This document shows, in pieces, positions 37,831 to 50,325 of a DNA stretch of 50,570 nt. Each line of letters starts with the position of its first letter. Position 1 is the first letter of the stretch. The stretch is from Octopus bimaculoides (taxonomy: Eukaryota). The position numbers and the translations under genes were made by a program. The notes below the pieces were generated by a model. That model did not search any database and had not been told where the DNA came from. It saw only the letters and a program-made list of their open reading frames with translations. The stretch spans positions 33,997,096 through 34,047,665 of the forward strand of contig NC_068992.1 of the NCBI RefSeq assembly GCF_001194135.2, read 5' to 3'.

Positions 37831-38399
37831 GGTGGACGGATGGACAGATATACAGACTGACAAGTAAGAAGCTTATCTGTGAAGTGAACCAATGTTGCTC
37901 AGTTTCAATTCTCAGGAGTAACTTTTTACTTCAGTTATATTGTAAATATTCTTGAAAAGGAATGAGTAACACAACTGTTAATCTCTCATGTTGCGACAAT
38001 GTAATATTCTAAGAGAAATAGTTTTCATAACAAGCTAACTCCAGCACCATACATGATATTAAATGAAAGATATGTATTCAAGCAAGTTGTGAATAGAATA
38101 TATTGCCATTTATATTTGTACCCACAATGAAGCACCATATTCACCCTTACTGTCTTGATACTGCACTCTTTCAATAATGCTTTTTCCTTTTTTTTTATGT
38201 ATCATCAACAAGAATATATTGATTAAAGTCTCATCTGTAATTACCAAGAGTATTTTGAAATTCTTCCCTAGAGATGAAAATTATTTTAATAACATTTCTG
38301 CTAGTCTTGATATTTTGCCAATTCATATTAATTTATTCTGCAGCAGTTTGGAGAAATGAACAAATTTGAAGCATCAAATGATGTTTAGCATATTTTTGC

Positions 38400-39050
38400 T
38401 TTGCTCATCTAATTATTGAATTTTTCTATTTTTCTATTTTCTCCCATAAAATACATTTTAAAATTATCAGTGTAGTCATGTGCTGAAAAAGTCATTTGCT
38501 CTATTTCCAAATCTAAAGCTTTTCTCCTTTCATTTTATTTCATTCTTTATCAATATATCTTAGATCATGTCTCCTCAAGTATGTCTCTTTTCTTTGTTTT
38601 TATTGCCTTTTCCAGGCAATCATCTGCATAGAAATTTTCTCCATAAATTACCTGACTTATTCATGGATTTACTGAAGCAGTTGTGCTATGCTCTGCTTTG
38701 TCAAACATCAAGTTAGTTTGACATCATCACTTGACTCCAAGTCATTCATATAAATTTATTTAGAGCATTGAAACAATAGAAGTAAATTTTATTTTAGGCT
38801 GAGGCTTCATCTTAATTTTTTGTATGTAAGCTGCAAAAATTTCACTTTACTAGTTTTATCATTGCCCTTGGGAAATGCATGAATGTTACAAAATATCCTC
38901 CTCCACTGATACATTTGAGGTTCTGATAGAAGTCTCAGAGTCAGTATGCTCAGTGTTTAAACAGAAACATTATTAGCTCTGCAATTGCTATAAGAAATCT
39001 GCACAAATTCAACCAGACTGCATGTGTCTCTTTTATTATTGATATGACTG
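38400..39050 (-). mobile_element. Ancient LINE RT remnant
   Basis: Minus strand FLCR/YADD-like TTTCTATGCAGATGATTGCC (~38615-38635), FPKG-type motif near 38870; heavily decayed; approximate bounds. Confidence 0.45.
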
Positions 39051-40094
39051 TTGAGTTCTGATGAAAATTTGTTTAAACTAAAATTTTAAATGGTTAAATA
39101 TGTATTGTTTTTCTTCATGTAGTGCAGAAGGATTTAACAAAAATGGACTTGAGAGTGCTCATGAATTCCAATCAAGAACAGCCAACGAGAGAGAAGAAAC
39201 CCTATTCCACAGTGATTATGAGCCATCACTATCTTTTTAGCTTTCTAATTATCACTAAAGTTTCAAGGATTTATCTCCTCTCATAAAGTTCAATTAAGAT
39301 AGCCTCCTATCGTTTTCTGTACATCCTATTTGTTTCTGTACCTACAGTATTGATAAGCTTTTGCACCAGTTGATGTTTAAGTCCACATAACAACATTTAA
39401 AACTGGGAGCTTTGTATGCTCTTAGGTCTCTTTTCTACACTGGTATTAATAGCTACTTATTCAACAATATATATTTGATCCTAATAAAAGCAGCTTTGAT
39501 CTGATCAACTTCTTTTTTTATTTTACTTATCTGAAATAAAGGTAGGGAAAACAAGATGTAATATTCAAAGTTGTCAACTTGTTTTAAGGCTACTCAGTTA
39601 ATTATACTTCTGTTGGATTACTGTCTCAACATTCAGGAGCTAATTCCATCTATTGATATATTTCACCAACAGTTGCACACACTTTATGTTGACATTGCCA
39701 TTGTTAATGTCATTGTTGTCATCATCATCATCCTCATATTCACTACCACCATCAGCATCATTGTCACCATCATTTAACATCTGCTTTCCATGATGGCATA
39801 GGATAAGCAATTTGACGGGATTGACAAGTCAGAGGACACATCTTGCTTGAATATTTCTGTTTTAGCATGCTTTCTACAGATGGACACCTTTCCTAATACC
39901 AACTACATTACTATATTGTTTGAAAAGAGATGCTGTTTTCCATTTTTTAGTTATCAAGAGAAAAGTAGTTAGTTTAAGTATAACCACCACCCCTATGCAA
40001 TCAATCCAGTTCTGTTATAGAAAAGGGAGTTCTAAAATAAAGTAGACTAGAGACCTCTGCTAGAGTTTCAGAGATATCAATTAATAATAATAAT

Positions 40095-40310
40095 AATGGT
40101 TCTAAATTTTGGCACAAGGCCAGTAATTTCAGGGGAGAGGATGAATCATTCACATCAACCCCAGAGTTCAGCAGGTACTTATATTATCAACCCCAAAAAG
40201 ATGAAAGAAAAAGTTGAACTCGGCTCAATTTGAACTCAGAATATAAGGATGAATGAAATGCCACTAAGCATTTTGCCCAGCATGCTAATGATTCTACCAG
40301 TTCACCACCC
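40095..40310 (-). mobile_element. Family B SINE (further minus-strand copies at 40565-40762, 41870-42102, 43620-43821, 44880-45055)
   Basis: Reverse complement of 16944-17160; (TAA)n at the tail. Confidence 0.8.
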
Positions 40311-40769
40311 TAAATCAATAATAATAATAATAGTAATAATAATAATAATAGTAAGATGAAAAAAAAAGATAAAAATCCTTCCCAAGTCAGAGGACCAGTT
40401 TCCCAATTTCTGTGGCACATATATCCTCCCTGGACAGAATGCTGAGCCATCACAGGATTACTCATTTTTTGCCAGCTGAATGGATTGGAGCAATGTGAAA
40501 TGAAATGTTTTGCTGAGGAACATGTGTTGCTCAGTCAAAGAATCAAAACTACAATCTTACAATAATGAATCCTAAATTTTGGCACAGGCCAGTAATTTCA
40601 GTCCATTATATCAGAACCCAGTTTTCAACTGGTACTTATTTTACTGACCCTGAAAAGATGAAAGACAAGTAAACTTCAGCAGAATTTGAACTCAGAATGT
40701 GAAAATGGACAAAATGCCACTAAGCATTTTGCCTAACATGCTAACGATTCTGTCAGCTCATCAACAGAC

Positions 40770-41865
40770 TCTACATGAAGCGGAGTAAGGATGGACGTGG
40801 GCTGCTTAGCATTCAGGAGCATGTCAACCGTGAAAAAGGAAACATCACAGAATATTTGGTAAACAGCAAACAAGACCTGCTACAGTATGCTGCTAGTGCA
40901 GAAGGATTTAACAAAAATGGACTTGAGAGTGCTCATGAATTCCAATCAAGAACAGCCAATGACAGAGAAGAAACCCTATTCCACATGGAATTACATGATC
41001 AGTTCCACCGTGAAACCAACAAATTAAGAGACCAGGAAGCATCATGGAGGTGGTTTAACAAGGGTGACCTAAAAGAGAATACTGAAAGCATAATCATCGC
41101 TGCCCAGGACCAGGCATTGAATACCAACTTAGTGAAAAGTAAGATATTCCACACAAGTGCAACAGACCTCAGCAGAATGTATGGGAAGTGGGTCGGAAGC
41201 ATGACTCACATTGTTAGTGCTTGTGAAAGTCTTGTGCAGAAAGAGTGCAAGTGTAGACATGACAAAGTAGCCCAAAACCTCCATTGGTTATGCCGTAAGT
41301 ATGGATATGAGGCTATGAGTGCTTGGCACCAACATACACTGGAAAAGGTAATGGATGAAAAGGAAAAGGCAAAAATCCTCTGGGACTTTGACTTCCAGAC
41401 AGACAAGGTATTAGAGCATCAAAGGCTGGATATAGTAACCTTTAGGAGGGACAAACAAGTGTGCCTAATAATTGATCTTGCAGTCCCAGAAAATCAACAT
41501 ATCATCATGAAAGAAAGAGAAAAGGTTGATAAATATGGATACCTGAGAATTGAGATTGCTAAGATGTAGCAGCTACGAGAGTCAAACATAAAGGTTATCC
41601 CTATTGTCATTGGAGCATTGGGTTCAATACCACTCAATCTGAAAAAACATCTGAAAACTTTCGAAATATCCTACAATCTAGGTTTATGGCAAAAGATGGC
41701 ATTACTTGGAACTGCACACATATTGCATAAAGTACTGTCTGTCTGAGGTCCTTGTTGTGACTTTGCAAGCAGTACAAACCCCCAGTAGACACAATATCTT
41801 CAATCAACAACCTCATGATATTGTATACTGTGTGACGTCTATAATAATAATGATGATAATAATTC
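40770..41865 (+). mobile_element. 5'-truncated R4/Dong-clade LINE (restriction-like endonuclease C-terminus), decayed
   Basis: GRGL, ESIIIAAQDQAL, HIVSAC, RHDKVA, KILWDF, LDIV..IIDLAVP, KEREKVDKY, PIVIGALG, LLGTAHIL; (TAA)n tail; Cys-to-other changes in the zinc finger and stop at 41567. Confidence 0.9.
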
Positions 41866-44169
41866 ACAAGACGTGAAATTTTGGGGGAGGAGACTAGTTG
41901 ATCACATAAACCTCAGTGCTCAACTGGTACTTACTTTAGGATGAACAGCANNNNNNNNNNGTGCTCAACTGGTACTTACTTTAGGATGAACAGCAAAGTC
42001 GACATTGTTAGAATTTGAACTCAGAACATAAAGAGCTAGAAGAATGCCATTAAACATCTTGTCTCATGCTCATGTACTAATGATTCTACCAGCTCGCCAC
42101 CTTAACAACAACAACACTAATATTGATAGGTTGTCTCTGAATGTTCATATTGATTGTTCATATCTATAGTCACAGTTTATAGTATCAAAAGTGGATCGCT
42201 CTTTTCAGTAGATTTCTGTCCTGAGCCATTGTGAGGATCATGCAATAAAGACCCATGTTTAATCTCTGAGCTGTATTTAGTAATTCCTTACATAATTAAA
42301 CTATGAATATTGTATTTAACCTAGTAATTTAATTTTTTCCATTGTTTAGGCATGTCCAAGTCATCAAAAGTTTTGCAACCCCAGTATCTCTTCCACACTG
42401 GGAGCTTGCCTTTCTTCAGGATGATAGTGCTCCTGAAGTTATCCTTTTTGTTGCTGCTTGGGATCTACCTTAGATGTCTTATATATGCATGCAGATATAT
42501 TTTACCTGTTTCAGGAAGGGTAAGTAGGTATTTTGAAAATACCTCATTGAGAGACAAGCTTGCCCTGCATAGTTGCAGGCTGCCCTTTGGCAAAGCATAG
42601 TACCCATTCAGCCAGTCTGTCAGGGATATAGTGAAGTCATGAGACTGCAGTATTGCAGATCATGAAGAGGTTGTGGAAGAGCTCCACTAAGTCAATGGTG
42701 CTTCTTATATCGATGCTGAATGAGGGAACCCAAGAAGATCAACGGTCAGGGTCACCAAGCTCTATCAAGAGAGTAGCTGCAATGCATCCATAAGAGTAGT
42801 GGCCATGGTTGTATAATCAGCTAATGAAAGATTCACTATGACTCAAGTTCTCAATTCAAATTCATAATGGAATTGGATTGCAACAGAGAGCCATGGGAAA
42901 CTGCAAAAGGAATGTAAAAATAAATGTACTAATTGAAGGAGTTGATAGGATTGTATATGAATATTTACCTAATGCCTTGCAGAGGAGAGGACAAAAGCTA
43001 AAAATAATATTCGTCCATAATAACTGCTTGATATGCTTTTGCTAATGCTGTTTCTCAGATACCTTTCATATGTTCTCTTCATAGCAAATAAGAACTATAA
43101 TGTAATCCATATTTTCATGATGTTGAAAAGCATGAAACTACTTCAATAGTTTCTTTCAATTTCTCCAGAGAAATTCAGAAGATAAAAAGCATGACCAGAG
43201 GAATGAGATCTTTCAGTTTATTTTAAACATCTATAATCATTCATTATACAAGAATCAAAACTGCTTTTAATCTTTCAAGTGTTTATAAATACTAGTAATT
43301 CTAGTTGAAGTCATTTTCTTTGTCAAAAGCTACAATACTTACCAAAATGATATTACTGGTTATGGTAGCTGAGTGACAAAGTACAAATTCCTGAGTCATT
43401 TTCTGGCTTATTTTGTTATATGCTTAGGAAGAATGTGTTAACTCCACAAACCTGACATATTTAGCTAAATAAATGCTTACCTAGAGCTTTAATAACAATG
43501 GTGAAATTTGCTTTTGTTGAATCCTTCTTTTTTTTATTTTATTTAACCAATAATTGATGCACAATGGCTTTGAAGTTACAGCTACAGATATTATATATCA
43601 AGTATTATACCCTTTCTACTATAGGCGCAAGGCCTCAAATTTTTTTATTGGGGTTGATCAATTACATCGACTCCAGTCCTCAGCTGGTACTTATTTCATT
43701 GATCCTAAAAGGATGAAAGGCAAAGCCAACCTTGATGGAATTTGAACTCAGAACAAAGCCAAACAAAATGCTGCTAAGTGCTTTGCCCAGCTCACTGACA
43801 ATTCTGCCAGCTCGCCACCTTTATAGCAAATATTACATCAATCATCCAATAGACTGATATCTACCTGACATTTACTATTACCATTCTAGTTACTAGTTGA
43901 ACATTTTTCAAGAATTCTATGTTGGTATACTTATGATATATAATTAGACTCTACTTCACTATTAGCATAGCTAAAAATGGGTGGTCTACCCTGGGCAACA
44001 TATTTTGGAAGGTATTACTCTTACCTTAAGGCAATGTGAAAAACAAAAAATTATTTTCTTCCATCCAAACAGTTAAAAGCTCCAGTCAATATTTTCCCCA
44101 CAAAAACACATGGAGACACAAATTCCTGGCTGCAGTACAAGTTATTGTTATACTTGGGTATAACAATAC

Positions 44170-44579
44170 AGGCGCAGGAGTGGCTGTGTGGTAAGTAGCT
44201 TGCTTACCAACCACATGGTTCTGGGTTCAGTCCCACTGTGTGGCACCTTGGGCAAGTGTCTACTACTATAGCCTCGGGCCGACTAAAGCCTTGTGAGTGG
44301 ATTTGGTAGACGGAAACTGAAAGAAGCCCGTCGTATATATGTATATATATATATATGTGTGTGTGTGTGTTTGTGTCTGTGTTTGTCCTCCCACCAACGC
44401 TTGACAACCGATGGTGGTGTGTTTACGTCCCCATAACTTAGCGGTTCGGCAAAAGAGACCGATAGAATAAGTACTAGGCTTCCAAAGAATAAGTCCTGGG
44501 GTCGATTTGCTTGACTAAAAGGCGGTGCTCCAGCATGGCCACAGTCAAATGACTGAAACAAGTAAAAGAGTAAAAGAGT
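44170..44579 (+). mobile_element. Family C tRNA-derived SINE, most intact copy
   Basis: A-box-like TGGCTGTGTGG, B-box-like GGTTCAGTCCC, internal (TA)/(TG) tract, tail (GTAAAAGA)2. Confidence 0.9.
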
Positions 44580-44581
44580 TG

Positions 44582-44776
44582 GGTCTTCATTTCAACGTCT
44601 TCATAATTATTATTATTTTAGTTTCTTTGTCAAAGCTCTTTCACCACACATTAAAATGGAATAAGCAGAACAAGAAGAGACATGTGAGATAGAGAGTCAC
44701 TGAAGAGGTCACAGGACGTGTGATGAAAGATCTTTGACAAAGAAATTAAAATAATAATAAAGCTGAAATGAAGACC
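44582..44776. repeat. Foldback inverted repeat with ~60-bp arms
   Basis: 44582-44649 pairs with 44718-44776, with an ~9-nt indel and ~4 mismatches. Confidence 0.9.
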
Positions 44777-46160
44777 AAATATATAGTGAGCATGTTTAAT
44801 TGGAAAAATATGAAAATCCCCAACTATAACAATATCTGTTTCAACTCATGGCTTCGTAAGTATAAATTATGTTGTCTTGAAATTTAGCTGATGTCATCAG
44901 CCTCAGTACTTGACAGAAACTTTATTTTATTGACCTCAAAATCATGGAAGTTCAAGTTGACCTTTGTAGGATTTGAACTCAGAATGGAAAATTTCAGGAA
45001 GAATACCACATGCTATTTTATCCAACACTCTACTAATTCTACAAATCCTCTGCTCGGTACTTAATTAATGAGGTAAGAGTAAAGGTAAGGTAAAGACCCC
45101 TTTTGGTTACAGAAAATCATGAGATTGCACCTAGAAAGTCCTGGCAAGATTGTTTGTGGAAGACCAGCAGTTGGCCATGCATACCATCCCTGCCTCTCTG
45201 TGACAACAATGCTGAGAAACAAGGAAACTTTGTAGCCTGATGGTTGTCCATGCGAAATGTAAAGTGCTTCCTGATGGTTATAACAGAAAATGGCCAATCA
45301 CAAAGCAAATTGTGAGGCCTCTCAGAGAAAACAGTTGTCAGTTCATTTCTAGCTGAAGTTCAGTGTTACGGAGATGTCACACAATGTAACAATTCATGGC
45401 ACTAAGAAACAGTCAGAAATATGATCTCATGAATATTGTGTGTAAAATCTTTGTGATATTTACATCTTTCATGAGAGACATTGTATCCTAAAATGCAGTA
45501 GATATATTGAAGGTGATAAACATTTTATTCATACCTCTTCGTGGACTACAAAGAAGTGAGTTCATTATGTTTAATCATTCCTTATCTGATTCCATGCAGT
45601 TTTCACATAGTGTGCTAAAAGTGAAGATGAAAATGCAATATCATCTATTCTGAACCAGAGCAGCAAGAAATTAATGATTAGGAGAGAGAAGAAGGGAGTG
45701 GTACAGTTTCTAAAAACAAAGAAAAAGCTTTGCAGTAAGTATTGAAATAGATTGAAGGGGGTGCAGCTGAAACAACTCAATCATAAAGGAACTATTATTA
45801 CTGAAGTTGAAGTAGTTCCTGCATTCAAACAATCATCAGATTCAGGGATATTTTCAACTTCTATCTGCTTTAAGCAATGAAGACAACAAAATAATTTCTG
45901 GTTGTGGACTTATGGCTAGGCAAGATTAATGATGACACACAGATCTTACTAAGTTATCAAAGGTCATCTATGGTTCAGCATTTATATTCTGATTTCAGTA
46001 AGTGATACATTAAGGTGTATCAGTCAAAGGATAAACTAACCATCTAACACATGAATATTGTTTTAATTCTGATAAATGGAGAACAAATCTTGACATCATT
46101 TCTGGTGTATTCCTTTTTTAAAGAAGCTGTTTACTACTTTAGTTGTAGTCTATTGACATA

Positions 46161-47457
46161 CTGAGTGCGGTGAATAAATTGTCATCTAAATTACACAAAA
46201 TGGAAAATAATACTGACACCATATTTTAATGGATATATTAACCAAAATTACATAAAAATATCTTGAAATACTAAAGAGTAAATTTATTCAATAAAATCGC
46301 CATTGGCTTCAACTGCAGCTTCCAGACGTCTTTGGAACCTCCTGTAACTCTTCTGGATGGTAACCTTGTTTAAGTTGGTGAATGATGCTACAATCCCTGC
46401 CTTCAGTTTATCCTTGGTGTTACAAGGAGTTTTGCTGGTCTCTCACTCAGCTGCACCCCACACATAAAAATCAAGGGAATTGCAGTCTCGGGAGTTCGGG
46501 GGCCAGATGTTAAGGGGGATATGGTCACAGAAATTGTCTGACAGCCATGACTGGGTTCTCCTGCTTGTGTGGCATGGTGCAGAGTCCTGTTGCCAAACAT
46601 AGAGTTTTCCATCAGCCACCCTCTTGGCCCAGAGCAGCATTACTTCCTCCAGGCATTTGATGTAGGCCTCAGTGTTGAGTCTGAGGCCATATGGGAAAAT
46701 GAATGGAGGCATAACATCACTATCACTAGTGATCACTCCAAACACCATGATGTTGACTGGATGTTTGATTTTTATCACTCTCGGTACATGCTTTAGGGAC
46801 ATGGAGAGCCAACAGTTCTGTGTGTTCACTATCTGATCCTGGCAGAAATTTTTCTCGTCTGAAGAAAACCAAAGCATGTTCGGCTGGAAATGTTTAAGTT
46901 TATTCAAAAGCTTTGTAGCATGAACTTTCCTCTTGTCCTTGATAGCTCAGGATAAAAAATTGGCCCTTTTTCATCTTGTATGAGGAAGAGTGATTGTCTT
47001 CATGCACCACCTGCCTAATAAGAAACTCAGACACTCCTATGTCCCTGGTGATGGACCTGATTGACTTGGAGGGATCATTGTCAATCATGGCCTAGACCTC
47101 ACCAACAAATTCAGGAATTTCTTATCAGAACAATCAGAGTGAGTTTTCTGAGCTGCCGTGCCTTCGTAATCACCATTAGACTCATTCAACTCTTTCTGAA
47201 TCCTCTGCACTGTCCTCAGATTGACACTCAAACACTCTGAAATGTTCGTATTGGAGCTTCCAGTGTGAATGCCAAGCAGTACAGCACGTTGTTTCCAAAT
47301 TTCTGGCTGAGTGAATTGTGTTATGGTGTTGTTTTCTTCACAGACAGTGCCCCAGTGATGCTACTATACTGTGTAGTTGACAAAATAAAAAAAACAATCA
47401 ATGCACATGCAAAAAATTAGAAATATAAAATGGCAAGAATTTACCCATCGTACCCTG
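46161..47457 (-). mobile_element. Full-length decayed maT/mori-type (DD37D) transposon
   Basis: TA-flanked imperfect TIRs; SSDEKNF, QQDSAPCH, WPPNSRDCNSLD; 37 residues counted between the 2nd and 3rd Asp. Confidence 0.9.
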
Positions 47458-47559
47458 TACAGATGTTATCTATATTGTAATTCAGTGGATGGATTGAGGA
47501 TGTAATAAAAAGTGAATTCTAAAATACTGTGTAGCTCATGTTTGGACTTACACGCACAA

Positions 47560-48117
47560 TGGAAAGAATTGGAAATTGGGATTGCTCACAGAGAAACAAT
47601 TGCTACATACGAATAAGAGATTGTTGAAAAAGTGGAGGGAGTCTTTCAAGGTTATTTGATAACACTGGATTCTTAGTTAAATAGAACTTGGCAGTTTTGG
47701 TGTCACTGACATTGAAGTTGAAACAATAATAACAGAGGAAATGTTTTAGCTTTACTTTGCTTGATGGTAAAATGCAATCCATGAACATCTCCAGATAAAT
47801 TTGAGAATAATGTTTGCTGCTGCTAACATGTTATTCACTATTCAAAACTACTTTGCAGAAATTTTTGGAGAAACATAAGAAGCAAAGTTATTGGTTAAGT
47901 AAAACGAGCTAAGTGATGTTCCATGATATTCAACTGCACTCCTGATATTTGTTGTAGGAATTAACCAATATATGTCTTATGCTATATTAAGATTCTTGAA
48001 AATAAGGTGAAGATTGTGGCATCTTTTGTTCAAATTGAATCAAAAAGTAAAACTGTTAAGAACATTAGAACTATGATGTTTGAAATATTAGAAAATAATG
48101 GAATTGGTATTTAGAAT
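47560..48117 (+). mobile_element. hAT transposase remnant
   Basis: AK*CSMIFNCTPDI (cf. YSIMFDCTPDIS) and KIVASFVQI..KT...ILENNGI; cut off at 48118 by an LTR fragment. Confidence 0.65.
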
Positions 48118-48266
48118 TTTTATATCCTGCCACAGGTTGGTACTTTGCAAGACTACCAAAACGCTCTGACTACTACCAACCACTACTATTTATAAGAGTT
48201 TGGCTAGTTCCATTCTTCCAATCCTTCAGGGGTGTCAATGACTCTCGCCGCAACAGCTCCCCTTTT
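48118..48266 (-). mobile_element. PPT plus truncated LTR of a second LTR family
   Basis: Minus strand AAAAGGGGAG-C-TGTTGCGG at 48266-48248; shares a 25-bp identical block with 49939-49963. Confidence 0.55.
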
Positions 48267-49346
48267 GAGACTGACTTCTGTTAGAAGTTAATATTACTTT
48301 TATTTATTTATTGTTCTAGTATCTTTTACACAATATCAGCTTTTTCACATAGTATCAGCCTGGAATTTGAAATTTGGAATTTGAATTTTTATTTCTTTTT
48401 ACATCACTTTTATATCTTGCTGACTCTTTGCCAGATGTAACGTAACTGTTACCCAACTCTAAGGTAGTATTGTTCGTTTTTTGCACACAGCACTCTTGTT
48501 TTTCGTTGTACTAAGCACTCTTGTTTTTTGCTTGAACGGACTTTAGTGCAATTTTTTAACCCTAAGAAGACAACTCCTCTAGCTGGTTAACACTGCACAG
48601 CTGTAACTGATATATTGTGAGCAGGGGAATTGAAATCTTAACCACATTCTAACGACGGGATCAACTCATAGTAATTCAAGCAAATACCATTATGGCAACT
48701 TACGTTTGGTGTGAGTTCAATGTGGAATTAACACACCGACTCTTACCAGCCTCTAGCAAAACTCTTCAATGACTTCTGCGGACTTGCCGCCTTTTCACAG
48801 AACATGATAGATATTTTTACTGGTGGTACTTTGGCTGCTGAGTGTGCAATCTCTACCAGCTTTCACCAATTTCTCATATCCCCGTGCATGCAACAGGTTG
48901 TACTGGATTACATGTTACCAGTAGCACCCAAGAGTGGCCTGACCAGCATAGGTGATGAAATCATCATCATCTTTTTTTAACTAAATTTAAACATTGCAAA
49001 TAAGTATTGAACAGGGAACTACTTTCACTGAAAATTCTTGATAACAAATTAATTGCTTCATCACAACAAATCTCACCTGATTTCTTCAGCAGAATATAGT
49101 TAGTATTTTTCATGCTCGAGAGGGGATAACTTTCTTAAAAGAAGTCGTGGTAGAGATGGACTATATGTAATCTGAACCNNNNNNNNNNNNNNNNNNNNNN
49201 NNNNNNNNNNNNNNNNNNNNNNNNNNNNNNNNNNNNNNNNNNNNNNNNNNNNNNNNNNNNNNNNNNNNNNNNNNNNNNNNNCCCCCCCCCCCACCAAGCA
49301 GGCTATTTACATGCTAGAAATAACAGCCAAATCTCACAAAACTAGT

Positions 49347-49440
49347 GTTAGGGTTAGGTTTAGGGTTAGCGTTAGGGTCAGAGTTAGGGTTAGGGTTACG
49401 GTCAGGGTTAGGGTTAGGGTTTGAGTTAGGGTTAGGTTTA
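49347..49440 (+). repeat. Degenerate interstitial (TTAGGG)n array
   Basis: ~15 imperfect TTAGGG units. Confidence 0.9.
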
Positions 49441-49929
49441 CCCTGTGGATCTATATAAAAACCAGGGGGGAGGGTCGAAATTTTGAAATTGAGATTTTTG
49501 AAAAAAATTTTTCCAGAATCGGATTCTCCATGGTCTGAAACATAGGATTCCGTAAAAAAAAAACAAAATTTAAAAGGGGGGGTATACCCAGATTACATAT
49601 ACCGAAGTCTTCTCGTCATTCCAATTTTTACATTCTTTGAAGATTTCTTCGTATCTTATTAAATATAAAGTAAAAGTAGTACCTTCTTCTGGGTTATAAA
49701 TAGATTATCCAATTGAATTTTCTATGCTGTCTGATGAGAATGAGCCTGAAGTATTTTCAGACTTCAACATTACCAGTAACTGTTCGTATTGTTGTTGTTG
49801 CTGTCGTAGTTGTTGTAATTACTGTTGTAACTGCACCACGTGAGCCAACAAATCTTCAGCGTTAAATAAATTTTTCTTTGATTTCATACCCCCCAAAATT
49901 TAAACATCCTACACAAGCTTCGAATATCT

Positions 49930-50037
49930 TGTTGCCACTTTTATATCCTGCCACAGGTTGGTATAGATAAATTATGTGCTGGAGGTTTAATCAATGTGTT
50001 CACCCGGCGTACTTTGCTAGACTACTAAAATACTCTG
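49930..50037 (-). mobile_element. LTR 3'-end fragment, same family as 48118-48255
   Basis: Ends ...GGATATAAAAGTGGCAACA on the minus strand; GCAACA is the inverted partner of the TGTTGC start. Confidence 0.5.
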
Positions 50038-50180
50038 TTTCTTTTATTGGTCACACAGGGACCTAAATAGAGGAGAAAATACAAGGACAGATAAGTGTGT
50101 ACAGAGTGTTTCACATCGTATGATTAACAGTGTAGTGAAATTGACTGAATTTCAAAAATCGAGTGAAATAATAAAAGTTT

Positions 50181-50325
50181 TAAATTATTTACATTTGACG
50201 GATATTTGTCCTCGTCTTGTTTGTTGTTCAAAAGTCTCAGTTGATATACCCTCTAGCCTTCATCAGGTGTCTTGGGGAAATTTCGAACCTGGGTTCTCAT
50301 TCCTAAGGTATTTTTTGATGTTATT
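50181..50325 (-). ncRNA. Decayed hammerhead-ribozyme-like motif in a Penelope/retrozyme-type repeat
   Basis: Minus strand CTGATGA-AGGCTAG-AGGGTATAT-CAACT-GAGAC (GAAA changed to GAGA, stem II damaged). Confidence 0.45.

Noticed and set aside
15028-37863. YIYI / CVCV / THTH / YLSI-rich ORFs
   Set aside because: Translations of (TA)n, (CA)n and (GATA)n microsatellites
41916-41995. Perfect 35-bp direct repeat
   Set aside because: Flanks a 10-N gap; typical unmerged contig overlap
42350-42519. Exon candidate with good splice sites (ORF 42352)
   Set aside because: The open frame gives an unrecognisable peptide and the surrounding GC-richer block looks like decayed retroelement; not supportable
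48808-48952. Open frame bounded by CAG and G|GTG
   Set aside because: Weak donor, no recognisable protein, lies among TE remnants
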